Origin: Camelus ferus | Lineage: Eukaryota | Assembly (NCBI RefSeq): GCF_009834535.1 | Contig: NC_045696.1 | Span: 77,192,001-77,256,000, forward strand | Direction: 5' to 3' | Length of the DNA stretch: 64,000 nt | Part shown: in pieces, positions 51,051 to 64,000 of the stretch | Position numbering within the stretch: position 1 is the first letter of the stretch | Layout of the letters: each line of letters starts with the position of its first letter | The notes under the pieces: generated by a model | What the model was told of the DNA's origin: nothing | The model's input: the letters and a program-made list of their open reading frames with translations, nothing else | Database searches by the model: none | Made by a program: the position numbers and the translations under genes

Positions 51051-54000
51051 ATAATGAACTTTCATTAAGTGTTTACTAGATGCCGGGCACTACATTTGGT
51101 ACTTAAGATGTTATATTATTTTAATTCTAAAAATTTATATGAGGTAGTTAGGATTCCAATTTTACATATAAAATATGTTTAAAGAGATGAATTAAATTAC
51201 TCATGTTCAGTCATAGTTGTAAAGCTATGTATTTATTTGCTTATTTGTATTCCAACTTGATTCAGGAAGTATTTCAGACCTTTTTTCAGGGTACACACAT
51301 ACAATCATATACCTTAAATGTGAGAAAAATAAAAAAAAAAATAATCAAGCCTGAGAATATGAAGTAAGTCAAGAATGGCCAGTAAAAACAATAAAATAAA
51401 AATGACGTACTTCCTATAGATGGCCACAGATATGATCCAGATACTCTTAGCCTGAAACAATGGCCAGTGATTAGGTTCATAAAGACAATGAGATTTTTTT
51501 AAGTCAAATTATTTTTTAAAATATGACTAGACTTGGCACTAAGAATAAAGAGTTTCTGTTGTATCCTTAAAAAATATACAGAGGACTATGTGGGAATGAA
51601 CATTTCCATAAAAGATATAACCATAAATTTCATCAGATTTTTATTTATAGTATATCTTGATAGAGTCAATGTCCTGACACCAAATCCTGGATCAGTAAAG
51701 GCAATTCTCTAGGAAACCAAGAATTTTATGTTCTGCGTACCCAGAGTTCTGTTTGTTTGTCTCTTTACTAGGTCTACAGTAAAGTGTAGAACATCCAGAG
51801 GAATAAATGGATTGCAAGTCTTTCCAGTTATATATATTTATGCTGCAATTGAACTTTAGGTAATCATAGATAATCACAGGGTAAGTGGTTAAAACTCATG
51901 TGTCATTCCAAGCATAGCTATTATATTTGGGATTTAAACATAAACCATAGACCTGGGAGTGGAATTGTGATAAATCTGATCTTATTTCATTTGCAGTGCT
52001 TTTTCTAGGCTGCCTGTAAATGTGCACTTTCCAGTGCAAAGTATGATGGGATAATTGTTTGAATTGATCTGGCAGTTATGCCTCCATTAATATTGACTAA
52101 GTTTATTATGAGTGTTCAAATATGCCCAACCTGAATTACTTCTCTCCTGTTTTATTTCTGCTACTTCTCCCAAGCCTTATCCCCGAAAGAAAAATTCAGC
52201 ATTGGTTCCCATTGTCATTTCTCAGAGGCCAAGAAACAAGTGGTAGCTAACTGTCACAAAATGTCTCAGTCAGTGGGCATTTCTGGGACCACACATCTGC
52301 AAAAAAGAGTATGTCTTGAGGGAGTGGAAAATGAACTGTTGAAGTCATTGTGCTGCCTAATGCATTTTTTACCAGGAATATCATTGCCAGGCTTGCAGTG
52401 AAGTCAGAATGTGTAAAATTTCCTACATTAAGAATCTCTGTTAGTGACAGCAACAGCAGGAAATCCCATGTAAGCCAGTCCTTCCCTGTGAGTGGATTGA
52501 CGTGCTCTTTATTAATGGCAGCCCCAACTGCTGCCCGTAGCTGCTGTTCTTGGAGAGAAATGGCGAGAATGGTTTAGACTAGAATTCTTTCACCCTTTTG
52601 CAGACAGCAGTGGAGCAGCTCATCTCCATCAGCTGGGAGGGCACAGAGACTGGAAAAGCAGGGGGTCTGAAAGTAGATAAGAATCAGGCTTCATCCAGAA
52701 CAAGCCTGAAATGAGAGGACTCAGGGTTAGTTATGGGAACCAGAGAAGGCTGGAGCAAAGGTATTGCCTCTATAAGCAGGCACTTGCTGGGACGGTGCAG
52801 TCAGCAGGCAGGTAGAGAGGAAACTATGTAGCTGCTAAGATCCACTGAACTAAGTAGCTAAGACCAAATTCCAGACATCTTTACTTTTTATAGAAAGTAG
52901 CCATTGAGATCAGGAATTCCTACAGATGAAGGCAGCAAGGCACACCTTGTTCTATTTCCAAACACTAAATTTTGAAACCGAATTAGCTTTCCTCCATAAA
53001 ACATACATTTTGAATAGAAACTTTTGAAAAATTCAAAATTTTAGCTTTTATGTATATTCAGCATCACAGGCAAGAGAACCTTGCCTGTGACAAAAAATAA
53101 ATGAAACCATTTGGAAAATTTAAGCTAAATCTTCTCTTTTTGATTTTTGTTACTTTGGAAAGTGTTTATAGACAAAGACATCCAACTGATCTAATCAGAT
53201 TAAAATAATAGGAAACAAATTCCTGTATATAAGATTTGCTTGCAATTGCTTGCAGAAGATTTGGGTCTTAATTCTGTCTAGAAGCAGTTTCTCTATTCCT
53301 TATTCTGATGGCGTATGTTTTATAACTGTGGCCATCTCTTCACTTTTTCTGGATCTCAGCTTTCTCATTCTTCAGATGCAAGTTTCTTGTAGTCTGCCTC
53401 CAAGGGCTCTTTTAGGAATCTAAGTTTATAAATCTATTATATAAAGAGCTACCTTTTTTTTTTTTAACATATAGAGATTTATTTCTACTCACATTTTCAA
53501 TTTTATATCTCAAATAAAAGTTGATAATTTTCCTCAAATCCCTCCGTCAGCTGGGATTACTGATTCCCAGTAACATTTACTAGCAGAGAATATGACTTGT
53601 TAAATTTTAGGAAATCAAGAGAATGTTGAGATTACTTTAATCTCCCTGCTGTGAACAACTGAGCTGAGGCATCTTGATTGACTGTGTGGCTTTCTCCTCA
53701 TCATGCTTTTTATATTGTCATCTCTAAAGGTACAAAAAAATTAGTTGAAATATATTACGTGCATAAATATGAAAAATGCGAAACTAGACATAATTAATAA
53801 TTTTTATTGAACATTTTGTTTTTGTGCACATTAACACTCATGATGGTGCTCATTTTTCTCTTTATTGTCCAGCTACTGAAAGATAGACGTTTTACAACTC
53901 TGTCTGCCTCGTGACGCCTCTGATATTTACAATATAGGAAGGACTATAATTTTCTTGCAGTCAGAAACTGCTCTTACTTTTCCTCTTAGAGAACAATATT

Positions 54001-55944
54001 GATGCCCAAACTGAGCAATGCATGTTCTGTATTTGACTAGTCTGAGTAAAGTCAGCAATATATTACTTGTAAAATTAAGGCATACATGAGAATATTTTGC
54101 AAGTTGGAAATGCAAATTTACTTAATGAATTTTCATCCAAGACTCTGATCTCAGTACACTGAAAAGTAGAAATCATTCAAATTATCACTATGTTGAACTG
54201 CACTTCATGTAAAACACTCCTTTATTTCAAAAGATGAAGTAGGAAAAGATTTTAGGAAAGATGATAATTAAAACTTACTTTTAAAGGAAAAACAAGTATA
54301 TTTTAATAATTAAACATTTACACTTTTAGATATTTAAACAGTGGGTAATTGGCTAGAAATGCAATGATGAAATGTCCATTTTAAAGTAATGGATTTTAAC
54401 TGTAAAATATTAGAGCTCTTTCCTATCAATGAACTATATTCCGTAATTAAAAGCAATCACTGGTCATATTTGCTCAAAAAATATTTTAGTACAAACTCCA
54501 TGAATGGTATGTGAGAAATTCACACATGACTGAGTATGGTTTCCTTTTAAGAGTTTTATACTAACATGGGAAAAATCTAAAGACCACTGAGTATTAAAGG
54601 AAAGGTAGGAAAAACTAAGTGCTAATAAGAGACATAAAGAATGATTGAAATTTAAAGGCAAATGAGTGTATTTTTGATTAGGGAAGTCTCAGCGGAGGAG
54701 GACTCCTATGACTTAACTCATGAAAGAAAAAGTAAGTCTTTGATAGGTAGAAAGGAGCAGTTGAGTGTTGTGTTCCACTTAGAAACAACAGAGTTCAGAG
54801 GGAAGTGAGAACAGGTATATCCAGAGAATGAATTAAGGGGGAATGGTCAGTGATTCAGATGAGTAGACAGATGCAGTAGGAAATAGCCCCTAGAAAAGTA
54901 ATTAACATAAAATCATGGAGAGTCTTCAGTTCCATCAAAGGAATTCGAATTTTATTCTTTAAAACAAAGAGACAAATTAAAGGTTTCCCAAAGGGGAGAG
55001 TTGTGATTCAACCTGTACTGTAGAAAATAATAGTGTGGCAGTTTGTGAAGTTATTAAGACAATAAATCCAATGACAAAGTTCAAAAGGGTAAACAAATAT
55101 TAGAACATCAAAGTAATTTTTACATGAAATATTTCACATATTTTTAAAATTTAGGACTGTTTCTCAGTTTTTAGTTTAATAACTTACTGACACTTTAAAA
55201 ATCTGTTTTAATTTAGAAGGAGAAAGCATTAAAGTACTTTTTAGAAAACTGAACATAAACATTTATAGAAGATAAGAAAGCAACAGTAGATGCTGTAGAC
55301 CACATCACCATTATAACATAAAAGCCAGTCTAATTGCAAAAATTATGTTTTTAAAAGCATTGGAGATCTGTGGAAGCAGAGAGGATGAAATGAATGAACA
55401 TTTTGGTCATTTCCTTCTCTGAGGTCATTTCTAGATTCAAATTGAGCTGACAGTTGGGTGTGCCCAAGCAGAGGAATACTACAGGGGGAAGGGAAGCTAG
55501 CAGTGATTCTGCTTGCTGAGCTCAATATGGAAGATTTTTGGTCTCTAAAGGATCCAAAAGGCCAATTTTTTTCTACCATACACTTGTTGAAGTCTAGATC
55601 GTATAGGTTGTAGAGAGCTTCAAGAAGTTGGATTTGAAATTTCCCATTATTTAGGAAAATAAGTCCCACTTCAGAAATATGCCTGCCTCAAACTCATGGC
55701 TAGTGGTTCTGCAAAATATTTGCCAAACTTTAAATTAGTGCAGTAAACCAAGAGCAAACCTCCAAACCTCTGAAGGAAATACTACATTTCTTACAAGCAC
55801 TCTGTCTAAGGAGTCTGAGACAGGCGGGCTCTTATCAAAAGCATGGAAAGGAAATGCCTGAGCTACAGGGAAGAACCAGAAGCCCACTGGGTCTTAGTCT
55901 CAGCTGCTCATCCAATCTGCCTTAAAAAGGGAGACAGAAGCCCT

Positions 55945-56225
55945 GGATTGTTTCCTGTTTTGAGCAATTGTGAATAAAGTTACCTTGAATATTTGCAGAT
56001 AAGCCTTTGTATGAACGTGCTTCTTCACTTCTTTTGGAGAAACTTCTGGGAGTGAGATTAATGGTCCATGTAGTAAATGAATGTCAAACTTTATAAGAAA
56101 TTCCAAACTGTTTTCCAGACTGCCTATACCACTTTGCATTTGTATTAGAAATACATGAAATTTCTAGCTTTTTTGAATGCTTGCCAATGCTTGGTACGAT
56201 CATTCTTTTTAACGTTAACAATTCT
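55945..56225 (-). mobile_element. LINE-1 ORF2 C-terminal fragment
   Basis: ORF 55900-56139 reads SLENSLEFLIKFDIHLLHGPLISLPEVSPKEVKKHVHTK, a decayed L1 ORF2 C-terminus. Confidence 0.85.
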
Positions 56226-56399
56226 CTTGTGTGTATATTTGCATCTCTGTACAGCAAATTTTTGTGCCCTGCCCCACCCTCAATCTGAGGCTTTCTTTTT
56301 CATTTTCTTTTAGCATGTTTTATAAAATCAGAAGCCACAAATTTCTATCAACTCCAGTTTACCCATCTTTGCTGTTATGCTTTAAACTTTTTGTGACCT

Positions 56400-57362
56400 A
56401 TCTAAATAATATAAATAAGACAACATTAGGAGGTGAGCAGGCAATCCAAGTAGGAGAAAGTATTTGCAATATTATCTTCCCAATATGTGAATCATATTCA
56501 GAATGTTAAAAGCATTTGCAATATATCTTCTGAAAACGTGATTCATATTCAGAATGTATGAAGAATTTCTACGAAGCACTAAGAAAAGGACAATCTAATG
56601 GAAAAAATAGTCGAAAATGTGAACAGTTTTTAAAGGATGATAGCCAAATGACCAATACACACTTGAAGAGATAGATGCTCAGCTTCATTAGTCACCAGGG
56701 AAATGCACATTAAAACCACAGTGGGATCCCACTACATACTTACCAGAATGGCTGAACTGCAAACAGTGCAAAAACCAAACAGAAGCATACCTAGTGTTAG
56801 CAAGGATATAGAGCAATCGGAACGCTTGTATACTGACGGTAGTAAACTCCTTCAGTAAATTCCTTTAGAAAACCTCTTGCCAGCATGTACTAAGGCTAAA
56901 CACATAGAGACTCTGTGATCCAGCAATTCCTTTCCCATGTAAATGCCCTTAGAAATGCATACATATGTTCACCCAGAGGTGTGGAGTAAAATGATCATAG
57001 CAGTATTATTCAAAACAGCCCTAACTGAAAAATACCTGAATTTCCATCTGTTATTCCAATATGGACAAATAAAATGTGCTCCATTATATAGTAATGAAAA
57101 TGAGCAAATTACAGCTACACATAATATGCATAAATCTCACGAATATAATGGTGGGTCAAAGAAGACAGACACAGAGTGTAGATTCTGTGGTTCTATTTAC
57201 ATCAGAATAAAAACAGAAAAACTAAGCTGGTAGAAGTCAGGATAGTGTTAGACTTTGATATGGGGGTGGGTGCTGTTTACATGGCTGTGTTAAGTTTGCA
57301 AAAATATAGCTAACTGTACTATGATGATATATGCATATTTTCTCAATAAAAATTAAAAGTAA
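56400..57362 (+). mobile_element. LINE-1 ORF2 C-terminus and 3' UTR (L1ME-like)
   Basis: cattagtcaccagggaaatgcacattaaaaccacagtg...tgatccagcaattcc...ctcaataaaaattaaaag. Confidence 0.85.
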
Positions 57363-57849
57363 CTTAAAATATTTCTTTCATCAAAAAACAAGATAAAAAG
57401 GTAAAGTTCCTGGAATATTTACCCCACTGTAATTTTAACCTTCATTATTTAAAATTGATAGCAAATATTTAAATCAAACAAAGAAATGATTAGCATTCAA
57501 ATAAACAGTAATAATGTTTGTTTATTAAAAGATTCACATATATAAATTCTTTAAAATCTTATCAAATATGTTTGTTGTATCTTAAAATATAGTAGACCAA
57601 CATTACTTATAAAACTTTCACACCTTAATTGTCATTTCTCTTTTCTTGATTGTAGTATTATTACTATCAGGAAAAAAAATAAATTAACAAAATTTTCTTT
57701 TACCACAATAAGAAAGAGACAAAAAGAAACCTCTGAGACTTGCAGACAGATCTCATTCCACTGGTTCTTCTATTTTTTTATGCTATTTTGAATTGGGAGT
57801 GGGGAGCCATTGCAAAATAGTGTTATCATTCATCCGTCTAAAATAACAT

Positions 57850-58085
57850 TCCATCTCCACTATTAACTTTGCTTTATTTTACCTTGTAGTACTTATCTCA
57901 GTTTGGTCCTATTCATTGTTTCTACTTGTTTGTTTATTGTCTGTTTACTGGATCCCCCTAAACATACTACTGTGTAAGTTACAATGAGTACAGGAGCTTT
58001 GCTTTGTTTAGTGTAGTATTTCAGTCTCAAAGAACAATGTCTGTCATGAATGAGTAACTCAACAAATATTTGTTGAATGAAAGAA
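57850..58085 (+). mobile_element. L2 LINE 3' end
   Basis: Terminus ctcaacaaatatttgttgaatgaaagaa. Confidence 0.75.
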
Positions 58086-58319
58086 CAAATATTAAAATAT
58101 TAATCCAAATTAATGAATTTTAGACTTGAAATTTTCCTCCTTTTCTTCCCTTTTAGTGTTGACCTAGTGGTGACAATTGTACTAAGATCTAATCTAACAT
58201 CTTACGTTAGATTATTTACTTGCTACCATATATCCTGGGCAAAAGTTGTTCCTTAAAAATGCATACAAACACAATTTATTTTTATTAAGCCAGGAGATAA
58301 AATTTGTCATTATTTGCAT

Positions 58320-58450
58320 TTAAATATATAATATATATATTTATATACTGTGTATAAATAATATATAATAAATAATATATAAACAATAACATAAATAATA
58401 AATAAATAATATATATAAGTAACATATATTTATATTATATATATATTTTT
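58320..58450. repeat. AT-rich low-complexity tract
   Basis: About 130 bp almost entirely A/T, with TA and TAAA units. Confidence 0.9.
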
Positions 58451-59653
58451 TGTTCTAAGAGTCCATTTGGTAAATTTAACATTGTATCGGTGACTGGCTT
58501 TGATTAAAACATAACCTCCAAAAGGTGTTGGGATGGCAAAATTTGGGAAAATTGTTTCTGGAGTGGTGTTTTGCCTAGTTCTGCCTAAAAGTTATTTGCT
58601 TGCATGCTGAACATAATAAAGCTTTTTAGGTTGGCTACATTACTCCTAAAGTATCAAGGTACTAGACATTCCTGCATCACCTTGCATGCTGCTCATAGTA
58701 ACCTGTATTTAATTGTTAGAGCAAGGCAAAATAGCAATGAGTCAAGGACTATTTGTGTTGGAAAAAAAAATCAATCCTGGTATTTCACAAAAGGTGATGC
58801 TTTCTTAAGAAGTTGACGTGATTAAAATAGGTGATTGAATATGCCTTGGGGAAGAAAGTGGGTGATTGTGTTAAATAATCCTTCAAATGTCAGTTAAAAG
58901 TGAAAAAGCACTGATTTTTTTTTAAATGTAGGATTTTTGAGGATATAACTTATGAAAATATTGCTTAACCTTAGATTCAATAATTACTTTTTAAGATTTT
59001 CTATCCAGTTGAAGAGTTCAGTCTATTACACACATCAGTGAAAGAGGAGAATAAAAAGCATTTTGAGATTTGGTTGTGTACATGTACCATGACATAAACT
59101 GGTCAGCAAATTAAGCACAGTGTTTGGATTCGTCTGTAACTGTAGCCTAGCACAATGATTGAATATGGTCAGAATACTTGTTCCTTGAGAAAAGATAAGC
59201 CAATTAGCACTAAAACTCTATTTAATCAGAGAATGTGTAATATAATCTAGAAATATTTTAAAGAACAGTTGCAAGAATAATGTGTTCATTTTAAATATTG
59301 ACTTTTTCTTGTCTACACAATAGCATTCTCCAGACCGGCTGGATAACTGAGGCCTTCTGAGTATAGAAAGTAGTACTATGAGATTGAGATGTCCATAAAG
59401 TTGTATAAAAATACGAAGTCCTCCCCACAAGAACAAACAAACAAACAAACAAATTCATGATTAACCAAGAGTCAGGGATGTGGGCAAACATTAAGCTGTG
59501 GAGATATACAGTGGTCACGTTATTGTCCCCTCCCCTGGATTTGCTGGCTAAATGTGTTTGCTGGGAAATAATAACTTCACACCAATGGTTTATGAGTTGA
59601 GGATGCTAATTGGAAGGAGAAGTTAAAAATACTGAAATGTGTTCTCTACATTT

Positions 59654-60175
59654 TGTGGTAGTCATGGAAACCCAGCAGTTCAATCTCCTTTTAAGAACGA
59701 ACTTGGCCTTCCAGCTACAATAATGTAGTTAGCTATCACCCCAGCTTGTAGAAGCTTCTGGATTCACCTCATTTTTCCTGATGGGTCTAAGGTCTTCCCG
59801 GTCAGCCCCTGACTGATAACTTGGCACAGCAGTGGGAATAGGGCCAGACTCATTCAATCCAATGCCGGGCAACTCTAACTGGCAGTCTTTATTGTACTCA
59901 ACTTCGGGGCCAAAACTTAGTCAAGATCTGTGTAAAGACCTCCCTGCTCGATCCTGTTCTCTTTTCAATCCTTTCACAGGTGTCAGATCAACATCGTGGT
60001 CTAAAGACTTTCTCTATCCAATCCTACTTCCTCTCCTTTTTATTTTATTTTTTTAATTGAAGTATAGTTACTTTATTCTCTCTCTTTTATTTTTCATAGG
60101 CATTGCCTTTCCCTCCCCAAACTTCTTATGTTCTTTACTCCATTCTATCATCTATTTCTTGTTAAAATATAGAAA
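59654..60175 (+). mobile_element. ERVL LTR16-like element
   Basis: Starts tgtggtagtcatgga; contains gccgggcaactctaactggcagtcttt and tcctttcacaggtgtcaga, as in LTR16 subfamilies. Confidence 0.6.
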
Positions 60176-62979
60176 TCTGCTTTTATATAATTTTATTTAA
60201 GGCCATTTCATATAGTGCTGGTTAATTACATCAAAAGTCTGATACCCTGAAAGCTCTGCTGTCTGCAGCTGTATGTACGGATGTATTTTGGTTCTAAATC
60301 TCTACTCAGTGATGCAATGATCTATCTGTTGAGTTATGCCAGACCATATGTACCCTTTCTAGCCTCGATCAGTGGCTGGATCTCCTGGCTTTATAATGTG
60401 ATCACTTGGGCAACTGGTAAAATAGATTGATGCCAATCTGCTTTCCAGAGTTTCTTATATAAGTGGTTCAGGATACAGCCAGGATTGAGAAGCCATAACA
60501 TAAACTCAATATTCAGAAAGTAGACTCTTTGGCTCTTCATCTCCCAAATCCACATCCTGAGGTTAGCATCAGAATTTCACCATCCTTTAACAGAAGGCAC
60601 ACAGAGAGACAAACACAGAAGTAAGCCAGAATTTGTTTCAATCTCTGCCCATTTAAACTATCCCTAATAATATCTCACATTCTAGAACAGAGGGTCATTT
60701 TTATATTTCCAAATGGCATATTCTTGACTTTATCAGAAGTCCTAATTAGTAGGGATCATGAGCTCCTTCAGAGATGGGACTATGCCATTAATAATGCTGA
60801 TCAAATGTCAGGAGACATAATAAATGCTTTGAAAAAGTTGATCTTTCCGTATCAATGTGGACTTTTTTTGTTATTAAATAACAAGTTAAACAGCTATTTT
60901 TTTTATGTCATCTACTATGTTGTACTTAATTCTCAACCTTTCCTTTTATTTGGTTTTGTTTTTCTAGTTTTAGTTTGTACCTGTGATTTCTTATGTTACC
61001 TCAAGCACTTTTAATTACACAAATAATAAATTAAAAGAAAAGATCTAACTGGAAGCACAAATCAAAATGACCCAAACCTCAGAATCTCAGCTCAAGCCAT
61101 CATTTCCTGGGGAGGCCTTGAGTAGGTTTGTTTACTACTTGTCCCCATCAATATCAGCACATTTACAGACCCCACGACACCACAGTACTGGGTTAGTGTA
61201 ATTCAAAGGAAGAAATCTGTGTCTTAATATGTGAAAGCTATTCATAATAATGGATGATAATAGAATGTTTAGCATATCAACAATTAAAAATTATTTGCCA
61301 CTTGCTCTTTCCTCAAGTTTATATGGTGTAATTACATGCTAATTTTATATTAGGAACAAGAGTTGACAAATTGCTGTTAGATTACAGAGATTATAATGAT
61401 GGTTCTTTTTTTAATTCAGTTTTATTAAATTATAATACACCATGAAAGAATAATTTAAAAGGGAATAAAGCAAACATTTTTATAAGACATTGTCACTGCA
61501 ACTTTGCATAGTTGTGAAAAATGAAAAATAGCATGAATATAAATATGGAAAACAAATTTCAGAGGAAATAAATATCTACCTCTAGCTATTGCATTTTGTT
61601 TGGATGGATCTAGTTGAGTATGGTATATAAACAGATATACTATTTCCTGTCTCAAGAGATTCAGTATGATTTTCCTACAATTTATTTTTCAATAACAGAA
61701 ATACCAAATGCAGAAATGTAATTGGCCTATTATTGAGTCAAAATAAGTAATATGTTTGTAAAGTGCTACAAGTACTTTCTTTCACCTAATGAATAAAAGC
61801 CAGAAGTGCTGCTGACATATTGGTAGCTAAGCTCATTTGGCTTAGTTCACCATCTGCTGTGTCAGCAAAAGTTTATACTGTGCTCTCTAAGTTTAGGTTT
61901 AGGATAAAAGTCTCAAATAGTGGACAATGAAAGGGCTCAATTCAGAATATAGTCATTCTATTTTTAGAGTGAACAGTAGTTTTAAAAATTTTAATTAGCT
62001 GTCCTAGTTAAAGACTGGAAGATTTTATATAAAGGAATTCAGAATCTGGCTTTTCTTGAAACAGCAGAAAAATTTCCAAATGCTACTCCCACATTTACAG
62101 AAGGAAACACAGTACAGCCAAGCATACCTCATTTTTTTTCCCCAAAATAATGAAACAAGTCATTCTGCCTGCTAAGAGAAAGAGTCAGAAAAGGTTTGTA
62201 GAGAGACCAAGCCTCTGCTTAAGAAGGACTCCCTCCCCATGGATGTCACCAGTGTCAAAGGACTTGCCACTTCTAACAAAAGACTTCACTTCCCTGAAGA
62301 AATTTTGTTTGGATGCCCTAAGTCATACATTTTACCATGCCTCTTTTTTTCTGGCAGGCAGGAAACTCAAAGCCAACATGAACTGCTGAAATTCTCCCCA
62401 AATCTGTGCTTCTCAAAATCTTTCCTAAACCAATACGTGGAATCTCTTTTCTTCTAGTTCCTTGAAGTAACAACCTCCGGGTCATTTGGAATATTCTTTT
62501 TCTGTCAGGATTACGCTCACCTCACTGGCCACTCTATTGCCAAAGAATGAATGCTGAGTAGAAAGTTTTTACTTCCTGATAAACGCAATCCAGCATGGGG
62601 GATAAAATCTGGGAGTAAAAATAGAGTAGGCTTTTTAGAGCAGCGAAGATCTCTGTGTCATTTTTTGGGGAGCCACAGGTTTGAGGGCCTCTCATTGCTG
62701 GTGATGTCTGGGCTTGTTGGTTAGGTGCTGTGTAAAGGCTGCCCAGCTGACCATGGTTTCTGCTGCACCACAGATCACCTCTCTTAGAGTGGCAACTTTC
62801 CACCTCTTTTGCTGCACTAAGGAGGCACTCAATTCAGGGTCATTGTATCCATTAGCATTTTAACCAAAGTGAGATCTATACAACTGTCGACTGACTAGAT
62901 AGTTCTGTCAGGGTTCCTTGGTCCTTCAGCCTAAAAAACCTGTGGAATCTTCCCTCTTATCCCTCGCCCCCACCATCCA

Positions 62980-63200
62980 CGTACAAATGAAGCATTTCCT
63001 ACACACATCTCCAAATGGATTTAACATATTAGATATTTTACTTATTTACATCGTTATCGTTTGTCACTCCTTTTAGAAGTTTATAATATACTGAACTTCT
63101 AGAGTAGAAATTTATAATTTCACTTTTGCTGCTGTATCCTCAGCACCTAGAACAGAGCCTGCTTAATAGTAAACACTCAACAAATATTTGATGAATTATT
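62980..63200 (+). mobile_element. L2 LINE 3' end
   Basis: gctgtatcctcagcacctagaacagagcctg...ctcaacaaatatttgatgaat. Confidence 0.8.
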
Positions 63201-63353
63201 AAATGTAATCTTTTACTCCTAAATGTACCTACATGTTGCTTTGTGTTGAAGTAGAATGGGGTAGAAATTAATAAATGGTAATAAGAGCAGAAGAAAAAAT
63301 GAATGCCTGTAGATTTGACAGTTAAAGCACAGCAGTGGTATGATATTAGTTAC

Positions 63354-63856
63354 TGTGGGAAGTAGAATAATGGCCCCACAAAGATATCCATGTCCACATT
63401 CCTGGAACTTGTGAGTATGTTACCCTACATGGCAACATGGAATTAAGGTTGCAGGTGGAGTTAAGGTTGCTAATCAGTAGACCTTAAAAAAAAATGGAGA
63501 TTATTTGGGATTTGGGGTCAGATGTAATATAATCGCAAGTATCCCTAGAAGTGTAACAGGGAGGTGAAAAGGAAGACAGATGATGGAATATGAGAAGGAA
63601 TTGACCCACTGTTGCTGACTTTGAAGATGGAGGAAGGGGCCATGAACCAGGGAACACAGGAAGTCTCTAGAATCTGGGAAAACAAGGAAATCAGTTCTCT
63701 CTTGAGATTCTAGAAAGGAATGAAGTCCTGCCAACACCATGGTTTTACCCTAGTGAGACTCATGCCACACTTTGGACCTACAGAATTATAATAGATTTGG
63801 GTTGTTTAGGCCAAGTGTGTGGTAGTTTGTTACAGCAGTAATGGAAAAATTATACA
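63354..63856 (+). mobile_element. MaLR solo LTR MLT1D-like, full length
   Basis: tgtgggaagtagaataatggcccc...gtagtttgttacagcagtaatggaaaaattataca; 5-bp TSD GTTAC/ATTAC (1 mismatch). Confidence 0.92.
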
Positions 63857-64000
63857 ATTACTTTAAACACTTTAAATATTGACTCTCTACTGATAAGAAA
63901 AAAGAACTCTTTATTTATGTATTTTTTATTAAAAAAATACTTGCACTTGCTTTGCCTTTCAAGGAATTGAAGTACTATTCTAAGACATTAGATTACAGAA

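Noticed and set aside
53845..53930. Strong-looking splice acceptor (ctcatttttctctttattgtccAG)
   Set aside because: All three frames reach a stop within 14 codons and I saw no convincing donor.
55945..57362. Opposite-strand L1 fragments as a twin-priming inversion
   Set aside because: Both fragments cover the same ORF2 C-terminal region, whereas twin priming gives non-overlapping pieces; independent insertions are more likely.
58320..58450. Possible palindromic AT-rich repeat
   Set aside because: Self-complementarity is expected from TA low complexity; there are no long perfect arms.
62515..62590. Minus-strand donor GAG|GTGAGC
   Set aside because: Weak upstream acceptors and no recognisable coding content; isolated donors are common by chance.
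1..64000. Prokaryotic-type systems (CRISPR arrays, operons, defence islands) or tRNA/rRNA/snRNA genes
   Set aside because: The sequence is mammalian non-coding DNA; I saw no regularly spaced repeats, dense ORFs or recognisable structural RNA genes.

Overview
AT-rich eutherian mammal genomic DNA, intergenic or deep intronic. I found no protein-coding exon, RNA gene or CRISPR array that I can support; the ORF-track entries are repeat-derived or chance. Much of the window is decayed transposons: L1M, L2, L3/CR1, MIR, MaLR MLT1, ERVL LTRs, and MER3/MER58 DNA elements. The notable structure is at 13.2-25.9 kb, where seven complete ERV1-type solo LTRs from four families (three families present twice, most with 4-bp TSDs) sit beside an older ERVL LTR. 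They form a three-level nest, two interleaved inverted pairs and a head-to-head promoter pair. Both copies of one LTR family lack a polyadenylation hexamer downstream of the TATA box. A perfect nested 35-bp palindrome lies at 36075-36109. A cetartiodactyl-style L1 tail and the absence of ruminant, pig, cetacean, carnivore, equid or primate SINEs point to a camelid (inference). Repeat family names come from recall of consensus motifs, not a database search, and the boundaries of old repeats are approximate. I cannot honestly claim a new biological system here.
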